From positions 3,552-67,551 of the IMG/VR virus record IMGVR_UViG_3300028836_000025: DNA of 64,000 nt; one strand, 5' to 3'. The DNA is from a virus. The notes under the pieces were generated by a model. That model ran no database searches. It was given only the letters and a program-made list of their open reading frames with translations, and was not told where the DNA came from. This document shows positions 16,819 through 25,925 of this stretch, piece after piece (within the stretch, counting starts at the first letter, position 1; each line of letters starts with the position of its first letter). A program made the translations under genes and the position numbers.

Positions 16819-18676
16819 CGTAAATAAAGAAATACTATCGGACATTACAGTCCACATGAAATACGCTAAGTATATACCAGAGTTAAACAGAAGAGAAACA
16901 TGGGGGGAGTTAGTTACACGGAACAAGGAGATGCATCAAAAGAAGTATCCCAAACTTACAGAAGAGATTGAAACGGCTTATGAATTGGTATACGCTAAGA
17001 AAGTACTACCGTCGATGCGGTCTCTCCAGTTTAGTGGCAAACCTATTGAAATATCCCCTAACCGCCTTTATAACTGTAGCTACCTACCTGTTGATCATAT
17101 CGACAGCTTTAGTGAAACTATGTTTCTACTGCTATCTGGGTGTGGCGTGGGTTATTCAGTACAGCAACACCACGTTAAGAAGCTTCCTCACGTCACTAAA
17201 CCGTTTGACAAACGATACAGACGATTCGTGATAGGCGATTCTATAGAAGGTTGGGCAGATGCAGTAAAAGTTCTGATTGAATCATATTTAGGTGGTAGAA
17301 AGAAGTCCGCCGTTAAATTTGACTATTCAGACATCCGCCCGAAGGGCGCAAGGCTTGTGACGTCAGGGGGTAAAGCCCCTGGCCCACAACCTCTTAAGGA
17401 GTGTTTAATAAAAGTACAAGGGATTCTAGACGATAAGGAAGATGGGGATACTCTCACATCTCTTAACGTTCACGATATCATTTGTTATATTGCTGACGCC
17501 GTCCTCGCTGGAGGTATCAGACGCGCTGCCCTTATATCATTATTTAGTGCGTACGATGAAGAGATGATATCTTGTAAGTCTGGAAACTGGTGGGAGTTAA
17601 ACCCACAGCGTGGTAGATCAAACAACTCTGCTGTCCTTATGCGACATAAGATCACCAAAGACTTCTTTATGAAGCTATGGAAAAGGGTTGAAGCCTCCGG
17701 AGCTGGAGAACCCGGGATATACTTTAACAACGATAAAGATTGGGGAACTAATCCATGTTGCGAGATAGCTCTTAGACCATATCAATTCTGTAACCTCTGT
17801 GAGGTTAACGTATCAGATATAGAATCGCAAGAGGATTATGAGGCGCGAGTTAGGGTCGCGGCTTTCATAGGCACGCTCCAAGCTGGGTACACTGACTTCC
17901 ATTACTTGAGAGAGATCTGGAAAGAGACAACTGAGCGAGACGCCCTTATAGGTGTGTCTATGACTGGGATAGGTAGCGGAGCCGTACTAGAGTACGACAT
18001 GTCTGCTGCGGCTGAAGCGGTAAAAACCGAAAACACCCGAGTAGCTAAGATCATAGGTATTAATAAAGCTGCACGTACCACAACTGTTAAACCTGCAGGG
18101 ACGACATCTTTGGTACTGGGGACGTCATCTGGCATCCATGCATGGCATCATAAACAATACATCCGTAGATTGCGCGTAGGGAAAAACGAGGCCATCTATG
18201 GGTATCTTATAAAGCACCATCCTGAGATAGTCGAAGACGATTACTTCAGATCTCATGATACTGCAGTAATAAGTATTCCGCAACTGGCTCCGAAGGGTTC
18301 TATCTTAAGAACTGAATCGCCCATGGACCTATTAGACCGGGTAAAGAAAGTAGCTACAGAATGGGTTAGTGTTGGGCACCGAAAAGGTTCCAACTCCCAT
18401 AACGTTTCCGCTACGATCTCTATCAAAGACGATATGTGGGATGAGGTAGGGGAGTGGATGTGGAAGAACAAAGATCACTATAATGGTCTATCTGTTCTCC
18501 CCCACAATGGCGGCACGTATAAGCAAGCCCCATTCGAGGATATTACAAAAGTTAAATATGAAGAGTTAATTAAATCTTTAAGCGAGATTGATCTAACGAA
18601 GATTGTAGAACTTGACGACAACACTGACCTCTCTGGGGAGCTAGCCTGCTCAGGTGGATCGTGTGAGGTGACATAA
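16811..18676 (+). CDS. nrdJ: class II (adenosylcobalamin-dependent) ribonucleotide reductase
   Basis: RRETW, PSMRSLQF, NC, GCGVGYS, GGIRRAA, TNPCCEI, CNLCE, TVKPAGTTS, C-terminal CSGGSC; no nrdB gene. Confidence 0.93.
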   Translation: MASVNKEILSDITVHMKYAKYIPELNRRETWGELVTRNKEMHQKKYPKLTEEIETAYELVYAKKVLPSMRSLQFSGKPIEISPNRLYNCSYLPVDHIDSFSETMFLLLSGCGVGYSVQQHHVKKLPHVTKPFDKRYRRFVIGDSIEGWADAVKVLIESYLGGRKKSAVKFDYSDIRPKGARLVTSGGKAPGPQPLKECLIKVQGILDDKEDGDTLTSLNVHDIICYIADAVLAGGIRRAALISLFSAYDEEMISCKSGNWWELNPQRGRSNNSAVLMRHKITKDFFMKLWKRVEASGAGEPGIYFNNDKDWGTNPCCEIALRPYQFCNLCEVNVSDIESQEDYEARVRVAAFIGTLQAGYTDFHYLREIWKETTERDALIGVSMTGIGSGAVLEYDMSAAAEAVKTENTRVAKIIGINKAARTTTVKPAGTTSLVLGTSSGIHAWHHKQYIRRLRVGKNEAIYGYLIKHHPEIVEDDYFRSHDTAVISIPQLAPKGSILRTESPMDLLDRVKKVATEWVSVGHRKGSNSHNVSATISIKDDMWDEVGEWMWKNKDHYNGLSVLPHNGGTYKQAPFEDITKVKYEELIKSLSEIDLTKIVELDDNTDLSGELACSGGSCEVT

Positions 18677-18693
18677 ACTTAACCACTTAAAAC

Positions 18694-18730
18694 AAAGAAG
18701 GGGATAACCGTAATGGCTATCCCCTTTTTT
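18694..18730. terminator. bidirectional rho-independent terminator between the convergent arms
   Basis: AAAGAAGGGGATAACC-GTAAT-GGCTATCCCCTTTTTT. Confidence 0.85.
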
Positions 18731-18754
18731 ATTACTAGTACTTTTATTATCTGT

Positions 18755-19561
18755 TTATTCTGGTGTAAACGTTACACTTGTCTGCAGCCTCATAGACACC
18801 TGCTGGGACACACTGCTAGGCCAAGGGTGTGCCGTAGACGGGGTATATGGACTGTCGGAACTAGCCCATACCCCCACTAAATAATAACAGGACTTGCCTC
18901 CCCCACACTCGCTTGGGTCTAAATTAAGCTCTAACGTGTCGGCGGTAAAGGTTGTTATGCTTCCAGCGGTACTTGATGGCTCGATTATCCCTCCACCCCC
19001 GACCGTGAGATCACTACTAACTCTTTTGAAATTAAGCCCATTACTAGAGACACTACTCATCGTGTTTAAGTATCCAGCATACGCTCTCCAAACCTGAAAA
19101 TGTAATCTTGAACCTACTGTAGCGGTTGCGCCGCCTTCGTGTCTAACCAATCCAGAGATACTAATTGTATGCTTGTTAACATCGGGGTCACCGCCCGGCA
19201 CAATCATTACACTAGCCCACAAGCTTTCCAACATGTGATCTTGGAAAGTTGAAGATTGACTTGAAAGATCGGGCTTTAACCAAAAATTAGCACATGAACT
19301 ATCAACGCCAGTGAGATCTGTTCCCGATTGCCAATCCTCGATACTACCTAAATCTGCCCCTGTATTTGGGGTTGATGACCAGCCAATTTCCGGAAACCCC
19401 ACCTGATCAATACCACCCGCGCTTGTATATACAACGGAACTTCTCATAAAAGTAATACCGGTTTCAGTTATCCCTTTTATAGAATTCGCTTCTCTTTCAA
19501 AACATAACGTTCTTTCCTTTAAGTCGTTATGCATAGCCACTCTTTTCCACTCGACAGCCAT
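18755..19561 (-). CDS. putative tail fibre/spike protein
   Basis: S/T/G-rich; N-terminus MAVEWKRV resembles MAVAWKKV of 19899-21230. Confidence 0.6.
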   Translation of the reverse strand: MAVEWKRVAMHNDLKERTLCFEREANSIKGITETGITFMRSSVVYTSAGGIDQVGFPEIGWSSTPNTGADLGSIEDWQSGTDLTGVDSSCANFWLKPDLSSQSSTFQDHMLESLWASVMIVPGGDPDVNKHTISISGLVRHEGGATATVGSRLHFQVWRAYAGYLNTMSSVSSNGLNFKRVSSDLTVGGGGIIEPSSTAGSITTFTADTLELNLDPSECGGGKSCYYLVGVWASSDSPYTPSTAHPWPSSVSQQVSMRLQTSVTFTPE

Positions 19562-19707
19562 TATTTAGTATCTATTTTTTGGAGTCTATCAAACTCCTTG
19601 TCTAACTTATCTAAAAGCCCTACTAAGGCTCTAGCATCGCCACCTTTCACAGAGATAGTCTCTATCGCGATCTTCGCTAAGTATACTTCGTTAATATCTA
19701 ATTTCAT
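19561..19707 (-). CDS. small helical protein, possible fibre chaperone (48 aa, not in ORF track)
   Basis: MKLDINEVYLAKIAIETISVKGGDARALVGLLDKL...; TAATG coupling to the next gene. Confidence 0.55.
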   Translation of the reverse strand: MKLDINEVYLAKIAIETISVKGGDARALVGLLDKLDKEFDRLQKIDTK

Positions 19708-19726
19708 TTAATTTAATTTAATTGAT

Positions 19727-19885
19727 TTATTTCGCTTTCAATTGGTTAGTAAGCTTACTCACTATACCAGCCAAAAGATGAACATCTTTACCTCTAAACG
19801 AGGACTCGCTAAGCGCCCACAATAGGTGCTCTAGCTCGTCCTTGCTTAAGGTGTCTGTTTGTATCTTATTACCTAATATTCCCAT
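19727..19885 (-). CDS. small helical protein, possible fibre chaperone (52 aa, not in ORF track)
   Basis: MGILGNKIQTDTLSKDELEHLLWALSESSFRGKDVHLLAGIVSKL... Confidence 0.55.
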   Translation of the reverse strand: MGILGNKIQTDTLSKDELEHLLWALSESSFRGKDVHLLAGIVSKLTNQLKAK

Positions 19886-19898
19886 TTCTTAATTCATT

Positions 19899-21230
19899 TT
19901 AAACAGCTACTTGGATAAATAATCCACCACCAGTTAACGCGTTCGTGTAGCAAAAAGCTCCTATCCCTATGTCGAAGTCAGGAGTTCCGCCATTAAGTGT
20001 GGTTGTTGTAACTAAACCACTAAGGGATACGTTCATTCCAGCAACACCCGCGGTTACGGCTGTAGAGTCGGTTCCGTATTTAGCCACCATCCAACCAGTC
20101 GGTGTAGAGGTGTCGTGCTGTCCTGCATACCTAAGTTTAGGTAACGCCGCTTGAACAAGCGCGTTTGAGTTTCCTGCCTCAGTTAGGAAAACTTCGATAC
20201 CCGGATTTAGACTCGACGCGGCGGAATCGACCTGCGTGCCGTCTGTGATTGCTATTGTGATATTAGCATCCTCCACCGTCATCTCAGTTGTATGGATAAT
20301 AGTATTGGTTCCGGTGACCGTTAGGTTAGGAACGGTTAACGTCGCCGTGGATGGGTTATAGGTGAGATCATGATAATCTTGGTTCAATCTTTGATAACCA
20401 TCTCCCCCACCACCGACATTCGCGAACATCACTGCCATATCAACGTTTGAAGTAGCGTCACCCTCGACTAAGACATCTATAGCCTCATCAGCTCTACCGA
20501 AAAACTCAGCACAAGTTATACTACCTGGATCAGCAGCAAGTCCAACGATCATGCCATTAGTTGACGGATTGTATGTGACACCGCCGTTTGCTACATCTGG
20601 AGTATCAATTGCAAGTTCGCCAGACGCGCCTGAAACCTGCGCAAACACCATTGGATAAGCGATAGCATTGCCGTTTTCAGCAATATCAATCGTACCAGCA
20701 TTAGTTTCAGAACCATCCCAAACTAGTTTCGTCCCATTATAAATAAGGGCATCTCCACTGTTGGTTGCAACCAATACCTCTGGTACACCGTTTTCATCAT
20801 ACGCAGCTATTCCATTTGCCAAATCCGTATTAGTCGCCATCTTACCATCACCCGCACTATCATTTGTCCCTTCAGCACCACTAGCACTCTCTTGGTAGTT
20901 ATCTGACCAGACAAGAGTGGCATTAGCGACTTTACTGTTGTCTATCTTAAGGGCTTGCACCGTTAAGAACATGTTGCCAGTGCTACCACCGGTTAACGCT
21001 ATATCTCCTTGAGAACTTCCGTACTGGGGAGTTTGGGCTACGGGTATCCCAACAGCGTTTGTACCACCCATGAGGAGGTAGTTTTCCGCCATAGTTACGA
21101 TATCCAGAGCATTTGCCGTTGCGTTACCAACTGCTGCCCCGTTTGTCCAAGCATCGCTATTACCTGTACCACCGTCCGTGATCGCTATGTCGTCACCTTC
21201 GGTATAAACTTTTTTCCATGCTACTGCCAT
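19899..21230 (-). CDS. tail fibre protein
   Basis: G/A/T/N-rich; IAITDGGTG and repeated TYNPST motifs typical of fibres. Confidence 0.7.
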   Translation of the reverse strand: MAVAWKKVYTEGDDIAITDGGTGNSDAWTNGAAVGNATANALDIVTMAENYLLMGGTNAVGIPVAQTPQYGSSQGDIALTGGSTGNMFLTVQALKIDNSKVANATLVWSDNYQESASGAEGTNDSAGDGKMATNTDLANGIAAYDENGVPEVLVATNSGDALIYNGTKLVWDGSETNAGTIDIAENGNAIAYPMVFAQVSGASGELAIDTPDVANGGVTYNPSTNGMIVGLAADPGSITCAEFFGRADEAIDVLVEGDATSNVDMAVMFANVGGGGDGYQRLNQDYHDLTYNPSTATLTVPNLTVTGTNTIIHTTEMTVEDANITIAITDGTQVDSAASSLNPGIEVFLTEAGNSNALVQAALPKLRYAGQHDTSTPTGWMVAKYGTDSTAVTAGVAGMNVSLSGLVTTTTLNGGTPDFDIGIGAFCYTNALTGGGLFIQVAV

Positions 21231-21275
21231 GATTACTTTAGATTTAAACTCTCTCGAGTGTTAGTTGTTTTTATA

Positions 21276-21989
21276 TTAATTATTTTTACCTACAAAATAG
21301 GAGTCTTGTGTTGAGTTGTAATAGAACCCTCCAAAGGCTGGTTCTGGTATCTGTGTGTCTGTTGCTTCGCTTAATACTATTTTTCTATCGCTAGAAACCT
21401 CTAGCCCAGTAAACGCCGCACTAGAACCTGATACTATAAACTGTATAGAGCTAGTTTGAAAATAAGAATCGGGCGCATCGTTACCAGCTTTAAACTTAAT
21501 TCCCGAACCACCAGTTCTAAGAGTTCCGTCATCACTAAACCCCTCTGTCCGTATCTCTCCTAGTAAATCCCCATCAACCGTATATCCACCTGAACCTGTA
21601 TCTTTTTTACTAAATATTATCTCGGAATTACCAGGATTCGTATCATGGTTTTTAACCGTTAAAGTTCTTGTATTTAAAGTATGCTTCCACGCCACTGTAT
21701 TAACCCCAGTTGTGGTTAAGATGTCATCCACTAATCCCCCAGAAGGTAGACCACTACCGCCTATGCTTGACCAGTGGTTTGGATTTGTCCAAGTTGGGCC
21801 TGTAAAAATATACGTGGTACTCAAGTCCAACACCGTAGCCATAAACCCGGGTGTCTGCATATTGGTGTGCAAACCATCCCTTTCGTCGATGTCAGCAAAA
21901 ATACCAGACCCTATAACTTGATTCTTAGTTAAGTCTAAGATATAGTCATTATCATTATTGTGCCGTACAGGTCCTGGAAATATTGGCAT
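21276..21989 (-). CDS. tail fibre-associated protein
   Basis: GLPSGG...L...W fibre-like segment; lies in the tail cluster. Confidence 0.6.
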   Translation of the reverse strand: MPIFPGPVRHNNDNDYILDLTKNQVIGSGIFADIDERDGLHTNMQTPGFMATVLDLSTTYIFTGPTWTNPNHWSSIGGSGLPSGGLVDDILTTTGVNTVAWKHTLNTRTLTVKNHDTNPGNSEIIFSKKDTGSGGYTVDGDLLGEIRTEGFSDDGTLRTGGSGIKFKAGNDAPDSYFQTSSIQFIVSGSSAAFTGLEVSSDRKIVLSEATDTQIPEPAFGGFYYNSTQDSYFVGKNN

Positions 21990-23029
21990 TATGCGAAGCT
22001 TACGTTTATAGGTTGACCCACACCGAACCCTCCTTTAGATTTGGATTTATATAAAAGATATGATACGCTAGCGCCGTGAGTATTCGTTCTAGATACAACA
22101 ACTGGGTCATAAAAGTCAGGCAAAACACCCGTGTTACTGACTTCTATATCATACACTGCACCCCAACTAGCCGGGTATGCTATCCATAGAAATTTAGTAT
22201 CGTCAGTAGTATCAGCATCCCCTTGGAAGGAGAAACTACTTTTAGTTACTAATGCATTATAAGTATCGAGTTCCCCAAAAAGCGCTTCTATATTGTTTGT
22301 GTTAGCACTCGCTTCAGCAGAGCCACCCGCTCTAATGCGGTCACGGAACTTAAAGCTAATATAGTTGGATATTATAGGTAAGTTGCTTCCGCTACCATTA
22401 TCCACCGCTTCTAAGTGAAAACTCTCTGTATATCCATTGTAGCCTACAGATTCATTATTATACACGTTTATGGTAGGTAACTGAAAAGTTCCCCCAGTAG
22501 TAGATATACCATCATACAATGCGCTATTGTTGTTTCTATGGAACGAAACGCTGTCATCAACAGTCACACTACTATTAGCAATAGAGTAGTTTAAACTATA
22601 AAGTTTAAAACCTTGCCCAACTTCCAAAGTAAAATCATCTTCGTTATAATCACTAAAATCCCCCCAAGTTCCATCGACTTCAAAAGCTACATTTACAAGA
22701 TTTATACTCATAGTAGTCTTAATATATGGGTTGAGTATCTCTCTCAATAACCCCTCAATAGATGTTCCCGCTGGGATAACAGTGCTCCCTACCGTCTCGT
22801 TATATATAGCAGGCAGGTGCACGAAAGCCCCGTCTGAATTAGTCATAATTATATCCTCGGCTAGAGACCCAGCGTCTCCGCCCTCTCCTCCGAGAATCGT
22901 ATATATTAAATCTGATATAGTATAGTACTCAGTATAATCTTGATTATGCTTTCTCTCCCATAATTTTTTATCTGGAGTGTCACCATCCTTAGTATTAATG
23001 AGTCTATCTCCTGGTATTTGAGTAGCCAT
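21989..23029 (-). CDS. structural protein with shared N-terminal anchor motif
   Basis: N-terminus DR.I.T...P.KK..ERK...DYTEY.TISDL shared with 23049-23528; WIAYPASWG. Confidence 0.65.
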   Translation of the reverse strand: MATQIPGDRLINTKDGDTPDKKLWERKHNQDYTEYYTISDLIYTILGGEGGDAGSLAEDIIMTNSDGAFVHLPAIYNETVGSTVIPAGTSIEGLLREILNPYIKTTMSINLVNVAFEVDGTWGDFSDYNEDDFTLEVGQGFKLYSLNYSIANSSVTVDDSVSFHRNNNSALYDGISTTGGTFQLPTINVYNNESVGYNGYTESFHLEAVDNGSGSNLPIISNYISFKFRDRIRAGGSAEASANTNNIEALFGELDTYNALVTKSSFSFQGDADTTDDTKFLWIAYPASWGAVYDIEVSNTGVLPDFYDPVVVSRTNTHGASVSYLLYKSKSKGGFGVGQPINVSFA

Positions 23030-23048
23030 TATCTATTTATTAGGTGTT

Positions 23049-23528
23049 TTAACTAACAGTCCCTAAAGCAGCGGTCTTCCAAACAGCAACCCCTGGGGCA
23101 TCAATCACCCCTGTGGTGCCAGCTGTTATGCATACGTATATAGCGCTTGTACTAATAAGTATTTCGCCAACAACTCCCGCGGGCGCGTTAGTAGTCCAAT
23201 CGTGACCATCTAGATCTCCAATAAACTTCGCCGCCTCGACATTGCTTGTCGCTATGAAATTCTCCGCTGAGATATCAACTGTTGAAGCCATGTTCCCATT
23301 ATTATCAAGGGTGACTTCTTCAACCTCGTCTAAAGCGTTGCTATCGTTGTACCAGGCTAAAGTGCTAGCCGCGGTGCTGGTCACGCCTTCCCCAGCTTCA
23401 ACGGTGGATACTAAATCACTTATCGTAAAATACTCTGTATAATCTTCGTCCCACTTTCTTTCAAATTTCTTCTTCTCTGGAATCGTAGGGGAGTATGTCC
23501 CTATTATTCTGTCTAATCCTATCGCCAT
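23049..23528 (-). CDS. structural protein with shared N-terminal anchor motif
   Basis: Paralogous N-terminus; C-terminal G..GEI.....IYVC...W..AAL fibre-type motif. Confidence 0.65.
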   Translation of the reverse strand: MAIGLDRIIGTYSPTIPEKKKFERKWDEDYTEYFTISDLVSTVEAGEGVTSTAASTLAWYNDSNALDEVEEVTLDNNGNMASTVDISAENFIATSNVEAAKFIGDLDGHDWTTNAPAGVVGEILISTSAIYVCITAGTTGVIDAPGVAVWKTAALGTVS

Positions 23529-23547
23529 AATTTTATATCTTTAATTA

Positions 23548-24690
23548 TTAGTATAACACTGTTATCGTTCCGTTAAACTCAAATACACTATCTGATACAG
23601 CACTATGGGCTGTAATCGTATATACATAAACACCAGTTGCCACATCAGCCTCCCACTCATCAAGAGATGAAGCGCTTATCCAAACAAGTCCGCCCCATCT
23701 GTTATATATTCTCACCTCCCATTGATCCCAACAGGCTCCATCTGCGGTAACCTGCCAAGTATCATTCCACCCATCCCCATTGGGGGTTACAGCGTTGGGA
23801 GCAAATATCGATGTCTCATCACAAGAAAAACCTAAGTCACACGCCTCACCAGTCTCGCAGTCTACATATACAGTCTCAACCACATACTCTGTCACTGTGT
23901 CTGTTTCGTAGATGTAAACATTCTCATACACTACGATCTCCACGTATACAGTGTCTGTGCTGTATACCATTATATCTATCGTGTCTGTTACATATATATA
24001 CTCATATACAGTATCTGGCGGAAGAGTTACATACGTGGTATCATAGACATACTCTATTGTGTTTATATATTCTATGATAGTATCATATGATACTACCGTA
24101 TCAGTCTCATAGATATAAATAGTATCACATGGGCATAACCCATCGACTGGGAGAATGTTATCCCAGGGGTTATCATCAGGATAATCTTGAGAAGTACCTA
24201 TAGGGTTATACCAATCTGGATTTAAAGCCTGTGGCCCGTTAGAATAATTAATCTGCCAGATGAATACCTCGGCCCCCTCACAAAACGTCCCGTCATTATA
24301 CCACCCCATCCATCTCTCTAATATGGTTAAGGGATTACTAGTATCACTAACGTTCGCGTTAAGAGCCTCCGCCATGTTAAAGTTTAGCGTGTCCCCACTG
24401 TAAGCGTAGTTCCCTAGGTTACCATTGAAATGCTGCTCTTGGAAATCTAAGAATGAGTGTAATGGGAAACTCGCGAACTCATTAGTGGCAAGGGTGTCTA
24501 CTCCGTTAGATATCCCAAGATCTATATGGTCTATATATGTAGTGTCCACACCGTTACCGCACCCATTAGAATTATGGACTACGATTTGAATGTCTCCCGT
24601 CTCAAAATTCACATTAGTTAACTCAACATCACACTGCGCGGCGGCTGTGGTTATGATGAGCCAAGAAATAAGTGTAAAAATTAATCGCAT
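23548..24690 (-). CDS. Sec-exported protein with T9SS type B (gliding-motility-associated, CHU_C-like) C-terminal sorting domain
   Basis: Start ATG 24690; signal peptide MRLIFTLISWLIITTAAA|Q; DT(V/I)Y repeat stalk; C-terminal FAPNAVTPNGDGWNDTW...IYNRWG.LV...GVYVY...G.ITV. Confidence 0.85.
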   Translation of the reverse strand: MRLIFTLISWLIITTAAAQCDVELTNVNFETGDIQIVVHNSNGCGNGVDTTYIDHIDLGISNGVDTLATNEFASFPLHSFLDFQEQHFNGNLGNYAYSGDTLNFNMAEALNANVSDTSNPLTILERWMGWYNDGTFCEGAEVFIWQINYSNGPQALNPDWYNPIGTSQDYPDDNPWDNILPVDGLCPCDTIYIYETDTVVSYDTIIEYINTIEYVYDTTYVTLPPDTVYEYIYVTDTIDIMVYSTDTVYVEIVVYENVYIYETDTVTEYVVETVYVDCETGEACDLGFSCDETSIFAPNAVTPNGDGWNDTWQVTADGACWDQWEVRIYNRWGGLVWISASSLDEWEADVATGVYVYTITAHSAVSDSVFEFNGTITVLY

Positions 24691-25049
24691 AACGTTCCGT
24701 AATCTCCTAAAAATAATAACAAGTCTTGAGACCCAACCTCTCCGTCCCCATCTAAATCTGCGGGGCAAGGGGGTTGTATACAAGATGGGTAAGCTGGGTG
24801 TTCTGTTTGTAACGGGTACACAAACCCATCTCCAGATAAAATAAAAGTAGTTCCTATATCGGCGCATAATATAATAGTGTATCCACCAGTTGGTAAACCA
24901 AACCAGTGGGTCAACCCCTCGCAGTCTTGATACTGAAACGAGGTCCACTTAGAAGCGCCCACAGAGCTGAACACATGTTGATTACATTGTGCGGCTAAAC
25001 TAGAATATATGATCACACATAACAGTGATATAATTAAGTGCTTCAGCAT
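24681..25049 (-). CDS. Sec-exported Cys-rich protein with C-terminal dockerin/EF-hand-like motif
   Basis: Signal peptide ...SSLAA|Q; C-terminal CPADLDGDGEVGSQDLLLFLGDYGTLC. Confidence 0.75.
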   Translation of the reverse strand: MLKHLIISLLCVIIYSSLAAQCNQHVFSSVGASKWTSFQYQDCEGLTHWFGLPTGGYTIILCADIGTTFILSGDGFVYPLQTEHPAYPSCIQPPCPADLDGDGEVGSQDLLLFLGDYGTLCD

Positions 25050-25054
25050 ACTAT

Positions 25055-25513
25055 TTATATCTCTAAATACGTAGTTCTACCACCCCTCCGCACCGCTCTC
25101 AATACCCTACCTCTATTCTTACGGTGCTCTACATAGCTAACATGTATCCAGTCTGGGTTTTCGTCATCGCCAAATTCCCAAATTAATTGATCAAAGGTAA
25201 TACAATCTTTTATATGGTTAAACATCTCAGCGTTAGTCTTATGGCCGAAGGTATCGTCTAAATCTAAAGCCTGCCCCCGGCAGTGTTGTGAAGATCCGCT
25301 CCCACCCACAGCTCTATTAAGATCCTCGCTTCTATAAAAGCTATTAACTTTAATAGGGCCTTCAACCCATTTTCTCAAAGGTTCAAAAACCTTATAAGCC
25401 GTCACTTTCATTTCCTCCAAGACGCTCTCCGACGGAGTATTACTAATCCCTAATTTAGTAGCGGTGTTACTTCGCGTGCCTTCTCTATATGATATATGCG
25501 TGCTTATTCTCAT
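25055..25513 (-). CDS. peptidase M15 endolysin
   Basis: NSFYRS..LN.AVGGS.SSQH..GQA.D, FDQLIWEF, WIHVSY. Confidence 0.88.
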   Translation of the reverse strand: MRISTHISYREGTRSNTATKLGISNTPSESVLEEMKVTAYKVFEPLRKWVEGPIKVNSFYRSEDLNRAVGGSGSSQHCRGQALDLDDTFGHKTNAEMFNHIKDCITFDQLIWEFGDDENPDWIHVSYVEHRKNRGRVLRAVRRGGRTTYLEI

Positions 25514-25809
25514 TTTATGATAACTGATAGTAGTGGAGTAGTTCCAGATGTAACGATCTTCATACCTAGTACGGAGTTGTCAAACGAAAGCTCCTCTGTT
25601 AATAATAAGGTGGTTGCTACAGGTATAACTAAATCGTTAATGATATATGATAGGTTAGCGCTTCCGTCCTCTAGATATAAATCTATAGTAATATCGTCAG
25701 CCGCGCTGTAGTTGCTAAGTCTAACAGACCTCACATTCCCACGCGTGCCATATATAGGTATTAACTCCGTTACCGTGTTTGCGGTTATGTCAAATAATCC
25801 TCTTTCCAT
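25510..25809 (-). CDS. hypothetical structural protein
   Basis: 99-aa beta-rich ORF. Confidence 0.6.
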   Translation of the reverse strand: MERGLFDITANTVTELIPIYGTRGNVRSVRLSNYSAADDITIDLYLEDGSANLSYIINDLVIPVATTLLLTEELSFDNSVLGMKIVTSGTTPLLSVIIK

Positions 25810-25811
25810 TA

Positions 25812-25925
25812 TTATGTCTGTTGTGGTGGAGAGATCAACTCTATTATTAAGTTAACCTTTTCTATTACCTCCGCGAGTGTTGCCGTCTTAGGTAACTTGT
25901 CCGCAATGTCGTCTGAAGTTATCAT
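25812..25925 (-). CDS. small protein (37 aa, not in ORF track)
   Basis: MITSDDIADKLPKTATLAEVIEKVNLII...; ATGA overlap with the fibre gene stop. Confidence 0.45.
   Translation of the reverse strand: MITSDDIADKLPKTATLAEVIEKVNLIIELISPPQQT

Noticed and set aside
24691-24948. 86-aa N-terminal extension of the T9SS-cargo ORF in the track
   Set aside because: It overlaps the dockerin-like gene in another frame; ATG 24690 gives a clean signal peptide. Similar over-extensions were trimmed at 8910, 16158, 27238, 58139 and 59513.
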